Shown here piece after piece: positions 24,900-38,091 of a stretch of DNA of 64,000 nt; position 1 is the first letter of the stretch; each line of letters begins with the position of its first letter. The translations under genes were made by a program, and so were the position numbers. The notes under the pieces are model-generated. The model saw only the letters and a list, made by a program, of their open reading frames with translations. It ran no database searches and was not told the origin of the DNA. Source of the DNA: Octopus bimaculoides (Eukaryota); the NCBI RefSeq assembly GCF_001194135.2, contig NC_068982.1:49421286-49485285 (forward strand), read 5' to 3'.

Positions 24900-25740
24900 T
24901 GAGGGAGAATTAGGTGTCATTTGCAGCAGCTGTTGGTCCCTTCTTGACTCATGCCACATAGTGTATTTAACCATAACAAACCAAAATATATATAAATGAA
25001 TAAATAAGCATGTTATGAATATTAAATTTCCCTTCATTCACTGAACAATAATAACAGTCAATTCTTTTACACAATATTTCTTCCTTGATATAAGGCAGCA
25101 AGTTGGCAGAATTGTAAGCATGCCAGGCAAAATACTTAGCAGCATTTCATCTGTCCTTATGGTCTGAGTTCAAATTCTGCTGAAGTCAATTTTACCTTTC
25201 AGGGTTGATAAAATAAGTTGAGTAACCTACTTACTCCCTTCCCTCATGTTGCTGGCCTTGTGCTAAAATTAGAAACCAATATTTCTTCTTTGTTCTTTAT
25301 AGCAAGATCTGCTTTACTTCATATGGTTCGATGGGGGTGTTTAATGCCCTAAAGAGTATTGCTGTCTCACTCTTCTTTTGCAAAGATACTGTATCTTAAA
25401 CAAAATTAATCAATGTGCCCTTTGTCTTTTTTTCTTTTAAACAATTAAGTCTGATATGAGGAAGAATTAGCTGCCAGTTCCAGCATTAGAAGCTCCCTCC
25501 TGGTCACATGGCATATAATATATTTAACTACAACGAAACCAAATATATATAAATAGGTATGTTATAAATATTAAATTTGTTTCATTCACTGAACTTCAAT
25601 AGCAATCAATGCTTGTGCACAGTATTTCCTTCTTGTTCCCCACATCAATATCTGCTTTTCTTCTCTTTATCATATGGTCACATAGGGTGTTAATGTCCTA
25701 AAGAGTTTTGCTGTCTTTAGATTCATGTATACACCAAGCT
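24900..25740 (+). repeat. Old degenerate tandem duplication
   Basis: ACCAAAATATATATAAAT..ATGTTAT.AATATTAAATTT..TTCATTCACTGAAC at about 24980 and 25540; CATATGGT..GGGTGTT.AATG.CCTAAAGAGT.TTGCTGTCT at about 25320 and 25670; SINE A inserted in copy 1. Confidence 0.7.
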
Positions 25741-26179
25741 TAGTGTTCATATTATTTCCTTGTTCTCTCTCTCTCTCTCTCTCTCTCTCCCTCTCTCTCT
25801 CTCTCATTCTCTCTCTCTTTTCCTCCCTCCCTCTCCTTCTCTCTCTTTCTAACATAAATTCTCATTCAATTTGCCATAGACGAACTGAGCTATAATATCA
25901 CTTCTTTTATATTCATATTGAGCCAGTTTATTGCTATTTTTACCACATGTGCTGTATTTTCATCCTACATAATAGTGATTCAATGGTCTTATCTATATGG
26001 AATTTGATGTAGTCAGATTTTAGAGCCACTTTCAAAGGCTTTGATCTGATTTTGCTATCCAGGATTTTATCAAATCAGCAACTTCATCAATCTGTTTGAA
26101 ATACTCCCTATATAGCATCACTACCACTGCCACCATCGCTCCTACCACCACTACCTTCATCATCATCATCATCATCATG

Positions 26180-27090
26180 CAGTGGATTGGCAAAGTCCTT
26201 TAAGTGTCAGAATAAAATACCTTGTGGTATTTGGCATTTGTTCTACCCCTTTACATTCTGAGTTCAAATTCTGCTGAGATCAACTTTCCCTTTCATCATT
26301 TTGGGGTTTGATAAAATAAAGCACCAGTCAAATATTAGGATCAATGGCAACAACTATCTCCTTCTTCTCAAAACTACTAGCCTTCTGCATAAATTAGAAA
26401 TTATCATCATCATCATCATCACCATCACCATCAAGGTGGCAGAGTCATTAGCATGCCAGGCAAACTGTTTAGTGTCATTTCATCCATCTTTGTGTTCTAA
26501 CTTCAAATATCTCCATCCTTTTGTGGGGTCAATAAAATAATTACCAGCTGATGACTGGTGAGGAAAATGTAGCTAACTTACCCTTTTCCCAAACTTACAG
26601 TCCTTGTGCCAAAGTTTCAAACTGTTATTGGCTGCCCTTGTGGCAAAATTTGAAACCATTATTATTATTATTATTATTACTTATTTTATTGCCTCAGAAA
26701 GGATGAAAGGCAAAGTCAAATTCTGCCAAAGTCAACTTTGCCTTTCTTCCTTTCTGGGTCAATAAAATATGTACCATTTGAGTACTGCAGTCAATGTTTT
26801 TAACTCGTCTCACCCCCCACCCCCACCCGAAATTACTGGCCTTGTGCTAAAATTTGAAACCATTATTATTGCTAGTATTAGTATTATTATTAAAAGGTAG
26901 TGAGTCAGCATAATTGTTAGTGGCATTTTGTCCGTCTTTATGTTCTGAATTCAAATGCTGCTGAGGTTGACTTTGCCTTTCATCCTTTTGGGATTGATAA
27001 AATAAGTACCAGTTGAGTAATGGGGGCTTGATGTAATCAACTTACCCACTCCCCCAAAATTGCTGGAACTGTGCCAAAAATTTGAAACCA
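26180..27090 (+). mobile_element. Cluster of at least 4 head-to-tail SINE family A copies
   Basis: Repeated SINE A bodies separated by (CAT)n/(TAT)n tails. Confidence 0.75.
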
Positions 27091-27098
27091 TATTATTA

Positions 27099-27154
<56 letters not shown>

Positions 27155-28369
27155 GTGTGAGAGAGCAGTGCATGCCATGAAAGTGACACTGGGGTAAAAT
27201 ATATGATGCCCATTATACCCATCATGACTACCCGTCTGATAAGGGTACACCAGGCACATGCATCACAACCATGTGTGTGCGACATGGTGATTTCATACCA
27301 AGATTAACAGCGCATGACCTTGCAGGTAGGGCCCAGTTAGAATTTTCTTCAGATCGAGTAGCCCATCCTGCTCAAAAGGTCCCTGAATAAGGTTTGTTTA
27401 AGGATGTTGAGCAAAACACCCATGTTTCCAAAGGTGAATTATTCAAACCCCATAGAATTCCTCTTATTATTATTATTATTATTATTAGTAGTAGTAGTAG
27501 TAGTAGTAGTAGTAATAATAGTAGTAGTAGTATTGACTTTCACAAATATTTGAGAAGATATTGTTATGTTTTTACAATTACCTATAATTGATTTGTCCGG
27601 GACTAAAATTATCAGCTTAGCAATTCCCTGTATGTTTGATCTTCTAATGTGGAGATTCCTTGTGTTTGCTGATTATCTGAAATCATTTTTGCATTTCAAA
27701 ATTCTGAGTGTTAAGGAGTTTTAGGGACAACTTCAAAGGACTGACAAGGAAATTGTACTCAGCTTTACTTATATTATGCACTGATATCAAGAATACATAT
27801 ATCTATAGTTATGAAAGTAAAGGGATAGAAACCATGCATATACACAGGCTTGTGCAAGAATTTAAGTGTGTGTGTGTGTGTGTATACACACACATACACA
27901 TGTATATATATTCATACAAATATGCATATAAATACATTCAGAGTCAAAGCTAAACACATATAGTTGTATATATGCATGTATGTGTATAAAGATCACCAAG
28001 CTTATATGTATCCATGACTTTTAAGTTCAACAACTCCAATGCAAGAATATTGGAGTGTGACATTATAATTGGTGTTGAAGGGAGATAATTATTTTATGAA
28101 ATTTTTTAAGAAATTTTCTTTTTTTTTATGAATAGCTTAACAAGCAAATTTTTATGAATTTAAACTGAAAAAATACATCATTCGTAAAACTGAAAATAAA
28201 CAAATAAAAATTATTGCATTTGATCATTTCTTTCAGAAATCAAATAAAAAATGAATGAAACACACTAAATTGAAAAGCATATTTTGCAAGAAGTCAAAAT
28301 CTCATAATTATAAAATTATCAAATAAATACAACTAAAAAAAGCAATCACCTTTGATGGTATATACATAT

Positions 28370-28445
<76 letters not shown>

Positions 28446-28637
28446 TGTGTCTGTGTTTGTCACCCGATGTTGATATGTTTATGCCACCGAAATTTAGCAG
28501 TTCAGCAAAAGAAACTGATAGAATAAGTACTAGGCGTAGTAAGAATAAATCCCGGGGTTGATTTCTTCAACTAAAACCCTTTATGGTGGTGCTCCAGCAT
28601 GGCTGCAGTCAAGTGACTGAAACAAGTAAAAGAAATA

Positions 28638-28800
28638 CCCTGGGTTTCTTGCCATAAGGGATACCTTTATGGTGTATCTTAAGACTCTAAGACCTGTTGA
28701 CCTATAGCCCCTTTATAAATATAGAGGTGGGGCATAGGCCAACAAGTTTTAGGGTATGAAATATGCCATAAAGGTACCTTTTATGGTGAGAAACCCAGGG
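28638..28800. mobile_element. Foldback MITE
   Basis: TA|CCCTGGGTTTCT..CCATAA.GG.TACCTTTATGG ... CCATAAAGGTACCTTTTATGGTGAGAAACCCAGGG|TA; the inverted arms continue almost to the centre. Confidence 0.8.
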
Positions 28801-29068
28801 TAGCCCTATAAACCGGCCTTCACCAGTAATTAATATATATAGTGAGAGAGAAAGAAAAAGAGAGAGAGAGAGTCAACAGATGAGATCCACTGATAGAAAA
28901 CAGTAGCACTTAAATGATTTGAAGTTATACTTTGAAATTTTTACTGAGGGCTATGCATGCAGAGTAAAGAGTAGCTATAAAAGGAATCCAGATGAGCTGG
29001 TATGGAGATAATGATGCAATTAAACAAATAAAACCACTTGGACTAGATATATAAAATATACTCACATA

Positions 29069-29455
29069 GGCGCAGGAGTGGCTGTGTAGTAAGTACCTTG
29101 TTTACCAACCACATGGTTCCGAGTTCAGTCCCACTGCATGGCACCTTGGGCAAGTGTCTTCTACTACAGCCTCAGGCTGACCAAAGTCTTATGGGTGGAT
29201 TTAGTCGATGGAAACTGAAAGAAGCCCATCGCATATATGTGTGTGTGCATGTGTGTGTGTGTGCGTGTGTGTGTCTGTGTTTGTCCCCCCAACATCACTT
29301 GACAATCAATGCTTGTGTGTTTACATCCCCAGTTCGGCAAAAGAGACAGATAGAATAAGTACCAAGCTTACAAAGAATACGTCCTGGGTTTGATTTGCTC
29401 TACTAAACGTGGTGCTCCAGCATGGCCACAGTCAAATGACTGAAACAAACAAAAT
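29069..29455 (+). mobile_element. SINE family B, full length (tRNA-derived head, central microsatellite)
   Basis: GGCGCAGGAGTGGCTGTGTAGTAAG (A box), GGTTCCGAGTTCAGTCCC (B box), (GT)n middle and tail CCAGCATGGCCACAGTCAAATGACTGAAAC. Other copies at about 13930, 20020, 31150, 35600, 39646, 41685, 52180 and 59820. Confidence 0.85.
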
Positions 29456-29984
29456 AATAAAAGAATATATAGATGCAAGCAGAGAGAAAACAAAGACTAA
29501 AAATATTCAGGAAATGAACATTCATGTATGGATATATATAGGTATTTATATAGTAACAAAGCAGTCTTACACAAAGTACAAAGACACAAACAATTAAGGG
29601 AAGGTAAGGTATTACGGGTCCGACAGCTGTTTCTGGAGGCTCAGAATTACATCATAATGTTGGCAGATATAATTCACAAAAAGTTAAGGATATGTAACCA
29701 GCAGTGGAAGCATGTAGACATTAGGTAATTTCAGCCATCAAACATTTTCCTTTATTCTGTTACTTGTTTCAGTCATTTGACTATAGCCATGCTGGTGCAC
29801 CACCTTGAAGGATTTGAGTTGAACAAATCGACCCCAGGACTTATTTATTTGTAAGCCTAGTACTTATTTTATTGGTCTCTTTTGCTGAACCACTAAGTTA
29901 TAGGGATGTAAACACACCAACACCAGTTTCAAACAGTGAGTGGGGCACAAATATACACACAAAGATACACACACATACACACGT

Positions 29985-30016
<32 letters not shown>

Positions 30017-30344
30017 CAGAAAGGGGGGAATTACAATTATCCCCAATTGGTGAGTTGTAATATATATAAGAAATTAAAGAAGGAAAAGGCACACACTTTA
30101 CATAGTCGTAATATAATTTTTAATATGTCTTATATTGTGTTTGTTGACCGCTTTCATTTTCACTAATCATGACATTAAAATTTATTTAAATATCTATTTT
30201 CTTAAGAAAAATCTTTTTGTTCATGTTGTGTGTGGAGTTTATGAATGAATGATTCAACAAGTAAAAAAGTCTAAGAGGAGGCAACTGGTTATCGTTATTA
30301 TTGTGGACAGGGGAGATATTTGTTTATCTTTTGGTGAGGGGGTG

Positions 30345-30391
<47 letters not shown>

Positions 30392-30720
30392 AAAATTCAA
30401 AAACTAGAGTAGTGGGGAGAAATATGTACAGTGATGGGTATGTAATCATGAATTAAGATATGTATAGAGATGAAAGTTGGTTATGTGTGCATATTTAGAT
30501 GTGTTTGTTTTTTTTTATGAATAAATTTTCTTTATTTAAACATTCTTGTATAGAAAGAAACTATATTTTTGCACTGGTAGAAGGGGAAATGTGTGAAATA
30601 TGTATTTAAATAAATTTTAATGTCATGATTAGCGAAAACGAAACCAGTCGACGAACAAAATATAAGATATATTAAAAATTATATTAAAAATATGTTAAGT
30701 GTGTGCATTTTCCTTCTTTA

Positions 30721-30766
<46 letters not shown>

Positions 30767-30830
30767 AATATATAAAAACAAAAAGATAAAGAGAGCAAAG
30801 GTAAGGTTGGAGAAGTATTTTATGGATAGA

Positions 30831-30879
30831 GTCTTACAGATGTTTCTGGGAAGATCCAGTACTTCCCTTCATCGGAGAC
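30831..30879 (-). ncRNA. Minimal type-I hammerhead ribozyme-like motif (core variant)
   Basis: Minus strand reads GTCT-CCGATGA-A-GGGAAG/TACTGGAT/CTTCCC-A-GAAA-CATCT-GTA-AGAC. Stems I and II pair; the core is CCGAUGA instead of CUGAUGA. Confidence 0.55.
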
Positions 30880-31115
30880 AGAAAAAATAAAGTAATCTAT
30901 TATCATATCCGCCTATGGATATAATAATAGATNNNNNNNNNNNNNNNNNNNNNNNNNNNNNNNNNNNNNNNNNNNNNNNNNNNNNNNNNNNNNNNNNNNN
31001 NNNNNNNNNNNNNNNNNNNNNNNNNNNNNNNNNNNNNNNNNNNNNNNNNNNNNNNNNNNNNNNNNNNNNNNNNNNNNNNNNNNNNNNNNNNNNNNNNNNN
31101 NNNNNNNNNNNNNNN

Positions 31116-31154
<39 letters not shown>

Positions 31155-32089
31155 GACAGGCTTCTTTCAGTCTCTGTCTACCAAATTCACTCACAAGGGC
31201 TTTGGTTTGTCTGAGGCTATGGTAGAAGACACTTGCCCAAGTTGCCACACAGTGGGACTGAACCCAGAACCATGTGGCTTGGAAGCAAGCTTCTTGCCAC
31301 ACACAAGTTACTTTATATATATAAACTATCTGAAAAGAAAGAAGAGCTTCTGGACAAGTGTATATTCCTTATATATTTCTTCTTCACTGGGAAAGCATGA
31401 AGTTATTAAAATATAATTCTGCTTAGAAAACTAAACAAAATAAGGAAAAATAGAGAATGCAAGAGAAAATGTATGTGCCTGAATATTAGATAAGGAATAA
31501 GGAGGTTTGACATTGTGTTTGTGTGAGTGTCTCATGAAATATGTGATCCTGCCTTTTTCTAAATAGTGCATTACATATTAACTTCCTCAGCTCAGATCCT
31601 TATCAGATTTGTATTTTTCTGGTTAAGTAGATTAAAACTAATCTCAAAACAATAGACATCTTTTTTACCCCACAGTTAAGGAGTGCAATATGTATATTGA
31701 TTCCTTAAAGTCAGATTCTTACCAGAATCATATGATCCTTATTACTTAGGTTAAAAAGGGCAGTAAGCTGAAAACATTGTTGGTGCATTGGACAAAAAGC
31801 AAAACAGTATTTCTTCTGCCTAATTAAATTCTGAGTTCAAATTTCTCTGAGGTCAACCTGCCTTTCATCCTTTTAGGGTCAATAAAATAACTACCTACCG
31901 AGTACTGAAGCTGGTGTGATCAACTGAATCCTTCCTGCTAAAATTACTGACCTTGTGTAGGTTAAAACTAGTATCAAAATATTAGACATTTTGTGGCACA
32001 CAGTCAAAGAGTGAAGCATGATACCTATGACCCTTTGCTTATTACGACTTGTAGGAGGAAGGGAGAAAGTTATCTCCAAACTGGAGATC

Positions 32090-32330
32090 TGTTTAGAGGA
32101 TACTCACAAGCCAAATCAGGTGTTGTATAGTGATCTGAGTTAAGAAAAATGTCCCCAGTGCAAATCATACAAGCATTTCAGTGACAATCTTAAAACATAC
32201 TTAAAAAGATCAATATTGATACTCACACCAGAGAAGATTTTGCATCAGATAGGGTGCTGTGAAGGAATCTGATTGCAATTGGTGTTAAAGAATTTGAGAA
32301 CAACGGGGTTGCAGACACTGACTTGAAACA
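32090..32330 (+). mobile_element. RTE-clade LINE C-terminal relic (second family)
   Basis: Decayed FSDNLKTYLKKINIDTHT.EDFASDRVL.RNLIAIGVKEFENN resembles the RTE ORF2 C-terminus. Confidence 0.55.
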
Positions 32331-32672
32331 CGCTGGGAAATACATGGAGGATGTGAACCTTCTCTCTTTGAAGAAGGCTAGTCCAATGGTGTGTTACTCA
32401 GGAGTTCTCATGGTGCGCAGCCGCTTCATCAAATAAGTCAAAAGTGGTGAAGAGACATGCTTCATCACGATAATAACAGCCATACATTGAAAACATGTTT
32501 ATATTGGTAGTATGGCTGAAATGACTCAAGAACAATAACTATAACACCTTTTCCCATGGAATTGCTGCCACCAAGTTAATGAAGCATGTTTTGTGGGCAG
32601 TTTGGATGTGTCTGAAGAAGTGGTTTCCCACTAAGGAAATTTCCTGAGTAACACCCATTGGACTGGCTTTAA

Positions 32673-32891
32673 CCCTTTAGCATTCAGATCCCGCTGCCAA
32701 ATATAAGGCTCATTTATTCACATCGTTTTTAATTAATCAGGCATTATTTTGTAGTTTCGAGATTCCTATGATGAGACTGTTTTCCCTTAGAATAACATTG
32801 TAGGCAAGTGTTAGAGATCTGAACTAGATGGTTTGTAAGTAAAAGAGAGAGAATATTTGGGTTGGATATGGCTGGTTTAAATACTAAAGGG
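32673..32891. mobile_element. piggyBac-type MITE
   Basis: TTAA|CCCTTTAGCATT ... AATACTAAAGGG|TTAA. Confidence 0.85.
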
Positions 32892-32980
32892 TTAATAAAC
32901 CACTACATTCTGTGCTTGTATTGATTACTTTTTGCCTGGATCATTACCCAACAATGGTATCTATCTCTACCCATACATAC

Positions 32981-33038
<58 letters not shown>

Positions 33039-33694
33039 TTGTTTTGCAAGATTCTTAATGTGAAATCATATATCAAAATGCAGTAATCTGGATTCATTTT
33101 TACTACTTTTATTGTTATCACTTCACTAGTTAACTAATTAACTAATCAATTTTGTTTGATCAATCATTTGGTTCATCAGAATCCTTTTTTCACAGTCTGT
33201 GTATTTATTGATGATGTGCCCTCATCTGCTCTTTTGTCAATAACTAACTTCGTGTGTGTGCACATGTGCGTGTGTGTGCACATGTGCGTGTGTGTGCACA
33301 TGTGCGTGTGTGTGTATCAGACTGAGGCAAGGATCATTGTTTTTGAACAGTAATACTCAGTGAGATAATATTGGACTAGTTTAGTTCTCTTAACATCATT
33401 GTTCATTTTACAATCTATATATTTACTGAGCAATTTACTAAGTATTAAAAACATTATAGATGGTCAAACATAATAGACTATAATTGTTGATAATAGTAGC
33501 TGCAGCACTGGACAGACCAAGGCTACATTAAAGACACTTATACAAGGTCCCACAGAGTTGAATTGAACTGAGGACCGCATAGTTGCAAAGCAAACATCTT
33601 TATCACACAACCATGTCTGTACCATATGAATGGAACAAAAACGTGGTTTCAACATGGAGCAGTGTTGATAGCAAAAAGGGTAATTCATTTAGAA

Positions 33695-34069
33695 CAGAGA
33701 TTCTCATCTGAAGTCCATATAAGATTTTTGGAGGTCCATGAAAGCAAAATAATAAACTGAGGATCCATAGTAGTATTTTAAGGGTCCATGAAAAAAATTT
33801 TGCTTTGCATGTATTTATTGCAAGAAACAGCTAGGTTTCTTTCTTTAATGTTTTACCTAGTTCAACATGTTTCTGGCAACTGAAACATGTTCTCTCCGAG
33901 AATTCTGTTGCAAACCTACACAAATGAATGTGTGAAAAACAAAATAGAAATGTTGAGAGAAGATCTATAAAACTAGCTTTTAAACACTGAATGGTTATGG
34001 GGGTCCACCAGAATAAAACAGTAATCAAAGGGGTCCATAGATAAAAAAAAAAAAAGTTGAGAATCACTG
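33695..34069 (+). mobile_element. hAT-type MITE, full length
   Basis: Termini CAGAGATTCTCA and TGAGAATCACTG; 8-bp target duplication ATTTAGAA/TTTTAGAA (7 of 8 match). Confidence 0.8.
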
Positions 34070-34553
34070 TTTTAGAATATCACTTTACTATTACAGCATT
34101 CAAACTTCAAAATTCACAATGTTAGCAATAGTAAAGATGCAAATAAATGGAAGGGAATGCTAAAATATATAAATACCATGCATTAATGCATATCTTAAGA
34201 AAGCTGGATATGAGAGATAAAAAGTCAAAATAAACAAAATTTGTACAATTCTTTGACTGGAACCAGTAAAATGTGAAAGAAAGAAATTAAATCCTTTCTG
34301 CTTGTCACCATGTTATACATAACAATTTATATCAGCTGAGTACACACAAACATATACAGATACATAGGTGGTTTTGTATCCATGAATACATATGTTTTTT
34401 GCATTCAAGCATAAACACCTGGGAAAAGCTTTGTGTCAGAATTAAGTACAATTGTAATAACAAAAGATATGAAGACTATTTAAACACTATTAAAATATCT
34501 CCTATCAACGTATTCCGACCATTATGAAATTTGAGCTATGCCTTCAATTATAC

Positions 34554-34610
<57 letters not shown>

Positions 34611-35845
34611 TGTATACATTTTCAAAGCTAAAAACTATTGGGTGCTAAGCTTCCATTCTTACTGAGTTTTTAATCTTTTTAGACTACTTGAATACTTGGC
34701 AATGGAGTAATGGGCCACTGGTGAATATTAGTCAAATCTGAAATCGGAGCTGACATGACTCTATCTCGCCTGCCATAGGGAGCTTGTCTCCCTTATCAGT
34801 TGTTAGAAAAATGCTCTCATGTGGCTAAGAGTTGTTTTGACTCCTATTTCTAGCAATGCTGGTGCCGACTAGCATCCTGTGTCACTTTAGTGAAGACTAT
34901 ACTTGTTGCCTTTAGGTTTGTATATATGTATGTATACACGTGTGTGTGTATGTATGTATATAGGTAGATAGATGGATAGATAGATAGAGAAACATATATA
35001 TATAAATAACCTTAATTTAATATCAGTGTTAATATTGAAATATTCATATTATCATCTGATGGCTGTACTTTGATTTTGGCTCCGTGTGGCCAGGACACAA
35101 AATTTTCTCTTTTGTTTCTTAGGGAAGCTATTTGCTTCCAACATTTTATGCATGATAGAGCTTTGTATTTACAAAGATTCCCTGACAGTCAGAAGTTATA
35201 ATTGTATTTTTGTTACCTGCAGCTTATACCGTTGAGTTGTGTTCGTATGTCAAGCATTTAACAAGTTTTATCTGGGGCTCAACATATCTGGGGCTAATAT
35301 GCTTCACCTATTAGAACAACAAGTTATGCATTCTAATGAGATTTAGCAACGAGCATGAGTGTCATTTTGGGTGTTGATAAAAACAAACTGAGCACTCAAG
35401 AATTATGCTCAACTTCCAAAACTCCTTCACCTGAAAGTGCTACTGAGGGTATTGCCACTTTGGGACAAACTTTACAAGCATGTTTGAGCATGCTTGTACA
35501 ACAAATTTGTCAACAAATTTGTGCTACAAATTGTCATTCTCCAAACACTCATTCAGTGTCTGAACATTGCTGAGCTTATCTCGAATTCCTGTTGTCAGTC
35601 AAGGCTGTGCAGTAAGAAGCTTGCTTCCCAACCATATGGTTCCAGGTTCTGTCCCGCTGCATGACATCTTGAGCAAACGTCTTCTAATATAGCCTCAGGC
35701 CAACCAAAGCCTTGTGAGTGGATTTGGTAGACAGAAACTGAAAGAAGCCTGTTGTGTGTGTGTGTATGTATATATATATAAAATTATAAATATTATTACA
35801 ATACAATAGTATTATTTTCCAGCAATAAGCACCATAAATCGGAAA

Positions 35846-36053
35846 TAGTGGCACAACAAGGCACTAATGTTTGCTGAAAATAGCAGTCAATAACCATACG
35901 ATACTATGTATAGAGGCAAAGATGTGTACAGGCGGTGAACATAAAAATTTTTGTCTTACCTCTAGGAGAAATGCTAGAGAAATGGACAACCTAGTACTTG
36001 TACGGTTATTGACTGCTATTTCCAGCAAACATTGGTGCCTTGTTGTGCCACTA
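35846..36053. mobile_element. MITE with ~54-bp TIRs inside the microsatellite of a SINE B copy
   Basis: TAGTGGCACAACAAGGCACTAATGTTTGCTGAAAATAGCAGTCAATAACC versus its reverse complement at about 36004-36053. Confidence 0.8.
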
Positions 36054-36619
36054 NNNNNNNNNNTAGTGGCATCTCCAGACCTCTTTCTTTGCATCCTCAT
36101 TTAATATATATATATACATACATACATACATATATGTGCGTGTGTGTGTCGTTGCGTCTGTGTTTGTCTCCCCACATTGCATGACAACTGGTGTTAGTGT
36201 ATTAATGTCCCCATAACTTAGCAGTTCAGCAAAAGATATTGACCGAATATAAGTACCAGGCTTTAAAAAATGTACTGGTATAGATCCATTTAACTAAATA
36301 TTCTTCAAGGTGGTGTTCCAGCATAGCCACAGTCTAACAACTGAAATAAGTAAACAATGAAAGACAAATTGGATAGAAATAGCTACTGAACAAGTCTATC
36401 TTACTGAAGATTATCCTGCTGCTTCGCAAAGACAAGCAGTTTTCATTTTTATGGTTATAGCAAATGGTGTGAGAAGCAAGTTTGAGGGGATTTTCCCCTT
36501 CTAGCCAATTTGTTATCAACTTCTTCAAATACTATCCAAAGAGAAAGGCAAAGAAGGTGCAAGAAGTGTTGCTCTTCATTAAATTGACAAAAATATGGGT
36601 GAGAGTTTCAGGTGTAGCT

Positions 36620-37416
36620 TGAATGAATAGGCCAAAACATGAGCCTGAATGAATAAGCAAACCCATCAGCCTGAATGAATAAGCCAACACACAAGCTTAA
36701 ATGAATAAGCCAACACATAAGCCTGAATGCATAGACCAACACATGAGCCTGAAAGAATAGGCTAACACATGACCCTGAATGCATAGGCCAACACATGAGC
36801 CTGAATGAATAGGCCAACACATGATCCTGAATGAATAGGCCAACACATGATCCTGAATGCATAGGCCAACACATGAGCCTGAATGAATAGGCCAACACAT
36901 GACCCTGAATGAATAGGTCAACATATGATCCTGAATGAATAGGCCAACACATGATCCTGAATGAATAGGCCAACACATGATCCTGAATGAATAGGCCAAC
37001 ACATGATCCTGAATGCATAGGCCAACACATGACCCTGAATGAATAGGCCAACACATGACCCTGAATGAATAGGCCAACACATGATCCTGAATGAATAGGC
37101 CAACACATGATCNNNNNNNNNNTGAATAGGCCAACACATGACCCTGAATGAATAGGCCAACACATGATCCTGAATGAATAGGCCAACACATGACCCTGAA
37201 TGAATAGGCCAACACATGACCCTGAATGAATAGGCCAACACATGATCCTGAATGAATAGGCCAACACATGATCCTGAATGAATAGGCCAACACATGACCC
37301 TGAATGAATGGGCCAACACATGACCCTGAATGAATAAGCCAACACACAAGCTTAAATGAATAGGTCAACACATGAGCCTGAATGAATGGGCCAACACATG
37401 ACCGTGAATGAATAGG
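36620..37416. repeat. 26-bp minisatellite, about 30 units
   Basis: Unit TGAATGAATAGGCCAACACATGA(T/C/G)CC with no spacers; 10-N gap inside, so the true length is unknown. Confidence 0.95.
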
Positions 37417-38091
37417 TTTATACTGCAAACTGGAGACAACAAATGGGAAAGGTTAGTTGTCCTTACTAGTGAAGGTGATTGTGATTCTTATAGGGTTCTC
37501 TGATTGGCCCTAGATGGTAGTTATTTAGAGACCATTGCATTTTATGCTTCTGTTGTTGCTGCTGTTGCTCATGCCAGTTTTACATATTCAATATAAACAC
37601 CACCGATTTTACCACTTCTTTATAATTTGTCCTTATAATGATTATCATTTGTTATCTTTGTCTTTGTCACAGCAAAAGAAAACATAGCAATTGTCAGATA
37701 TCATAAATAACTAAATTCATTGTCGTCATCAAAATATCTAACTTCATGCTTCAATCTATTAAGTTCAAGTGTATTTGGAGGTAACATTACCAGTCTCCAA
37801 GGTCTCTAGTAATGTACAACATCTGATTCAATGAGCTATACCCTTCCTTTATATATTTGAGGTTTTGTGCCATTGAAGGAAATCATTAGTGATATGGCAG
37901 AACTGTTAGAGTGTCAGACAAAATGCCTAGCAGCATTTCTTCTGGCTCTTTATGTTCTGAGTTCAAATCCTGCTTAGAATGAACAACTTTGCCTTTCCTC
38001 CTTTCAGGATTGATAAAACAAAGTACCAGTCAAATACTGGAGTCAATGTACTCAATTCGCATCCTCCTCTCAAAGTTGCTTGCTCTGTGGC

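Noticed and set aside
29069-29145. tRNA gene
   Set aside because: A/B-box-like head of a SINE; no complete cloverleaf and it continues into the SINE body.
34674-36531. Further minus-strand exon candidates (also about 5763-5799 and 63150-63210)
   Set aside because: Splice-like signals with open frames exist on both strands here and the peptides are unrecognisable; too likely to be chance in AT-rich DNA.
36620-37416. CRISPR-like array
   Set aside because: The 26-bp units are directly adjacent with no unique spacers and there are no cas genes; eukaryotic context.
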